From Squalus acanthias (lineage: Eukaryota), in the NCBI GenBank assembly GCA_030390025.1, contig CM059432.1:134418001-134482000 (forward strand): a stretch of 64,000 bases of DNA, given 5' to 3'. Under the pieces are notes generated by a model. The model searched no databases and had not been told where the DNA came from. It worked only from the letters and a program-made list of their open reading frames with translations. This document shows positions 62,370-64,000 of the stretch, in pieces; position 1 is the first letter of the stretch, and each line of letters starts with the position of its first letter. The translations under genes were made by a program, and so were the position numbers.

Positions 62370-63020
62370 TATCCTCTCCATCGCCAAGACCACCTACTTC
62401 CACCTACGTAATATTGCCACTCGCCGGCCTCTGCCTCAGCTCATCTGCTGCTGAAACCCTCATCCATGCCTTTGTTACCTCTAGACTCGACTATTCCAAT
62501 GCCCTCCTAGATGGCCTCCCACATTCCACCCTCCATAAACTTCAGCTCATCCAAACTCTGCTGCCGTATCCTAACTCGCACCAAGTCCCGTTCAACCATC
62601 ACCCCTGTGCTCGCTGACCTCCATTGGCTCCTGGTCCGGCAACGCCTCAATTTAAAAATTCTCATCCTTGTTTTCAAATTCCTCTGTGGCCTCGCCCCTC
62701 CCTATCTCTGTAGCCTCCTCCGGCCCTACAACCCTCCAAGATCGCTGCGCTTCTCCAATTCTGGCCTCTTGCGCATCCGGATTTTAATCGCTCCACCATT
62801 GGCGGCCGTGCCTTCAGCTGCCTGGGCCCTAAGCTCTGGAATTCCCTCCCTAAACCTCTCCGCCTCTGTACCCCTCTCTCCTTTAAGACACTCCTTAAAA
62901 CCAACTCTTTGACCAAGCTTTTGATCACCTGTCCTAATATCTCCTTATGTGGCTTGGTGTCAAATTTTATTTGATTACACTCTTTTGAAGCACCTTGGGA
63001 TGTTTTTGTTGTTGTTGTTG
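62370..63020 (+). mobile_element. L2 3' fragment
   Basis: AAETLIHAFVTSRLDYSNALL and ITPVLADLHWL, with a (TTG)n tail. Confidence 0.92.
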
Positions 63021-63459
63021 CATAGCCACCAGTTCAGTATCAATGCATTTGTTGCCTATTTTTTTAGTGTAACAACTTACTTGACTGTTAGTGTTGCTGG
63101 TGCTCTGGACAAGATTATATAGAGCTTAAGCAATTGCTTTGGATCCAGAGGAGACCTGCCCACTAGCATTTATTGAAACTAGCTGGCCAAAGCTGAATAG
63201 AGATACAAAATATTCTGGAGATATATTTTGCTCTATGTATATAGTTAAGGAAAATTATTTGACTAAACTTTGGAGTAAAATATTTTTTCTTTAAATTTAC
63301 ACGTGGAACAATAGATACACCCAGGGTTTTGCTCGATTGTCTTTAGAGATCAGGTAGTACTGATGCAGAACTTTCATTACATCAGAAGACACTTGGTAAT
63401 TCTAAGATTTAAATGTATTGCAATTGATTTTACAGCTGCAGTCATTTTAAATAAGTCAG

Positions 63460-63692
63460 ATTACATAGGATATACGGCACAGAAACAGGCCATTCGGCCC
63501 AACCAGTCCATGCCGGCATTTATGCTCCACTCGAGCCTCCTCCCGTCTTTCCTCATCTAACTCTATCAGCATAACCCTCTATTCCCTTCTCCTTCATATG
63601 CTTGTCCAGCCTCCCCTTAAATGCATCTATACTATTCGCTTCAACCACTCCCTGTGGTAGCGAGTTCCACATTCTCACCACTCTTTGGGTAA
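63460..63692 (-). mobile_element. CR1 3'-end fragment
   Basis: Minus FTQRVVRMWNSLPQGVVEANSIDAFKGRLDKHM. Confidence 0.88.
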
Positions 63693-64000
63693 ATAAGTCT
63701 AATCTGAGAAAGAAACTGATACTAGTGAATAGCCTCATTACGAACTTTTCTGAAGCAAGTTTGGTAAGAAGGTTTACTTTAAATTGCGCAGAACAGTTCA
63801 AGTAGAGTATTCTAAATCAGTTATCCTCTTCAATCTTTCTTTTGAAAATAACATGAGCTTCCTTAAGTCACACAGCAAAGAGCTGATTCCTTGGCTGGAG
63901 AATGGAATCTCCAATAATCATCCCAAGGTGAAAAAAACAGGGAAAGAGCAACATATGTTGCCTGAATTTATTTACGATTCTTTGAGGGGTTTTTAGGCTG

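Overview
Vertebrate genomic DNA, most likely a cartilaginous fish (inferred from the repeat content), dominated by transposable elements. Only two host coding exons are supported, and they converge tail to tail: the last coding exon of SLC66A2/PQLC1 (+, 15270-15477) and the last coding exon of the silent Kv6 potassium-channel subunit KCNG2 (-, 40121-40924; S2-S6 and pore). The same gene pair is adjacent in human. The rest is several CR1-clade LINE families (two young copies about 99% identical, one with an open RT frame), L2 LINEs, tRNA-type SINE relics, Penelope-like elements (RT + GIY-YIG), hAT MITEs with 8-bp TSDs, and non-autonomous Harbinger/PIF elements with 3-bp TSDs, often nested. Most notable are minimal type-I hammerhead ribozyme motifs with palindromic helix III in two Penelope-type terminal-repeat families. 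These include short non-coding copies flanked by TSDs, two of which fold back into long hairpins that break at the ribozyme. Also notable: a young CR1 truncated at both ends and joined by microhomology, a 271-bp templated insertion from nearby DNA, and a Harbinger deletion series that keeps the Myb/SANT exon. All coordinates and identities were read by eye and no searches were run.
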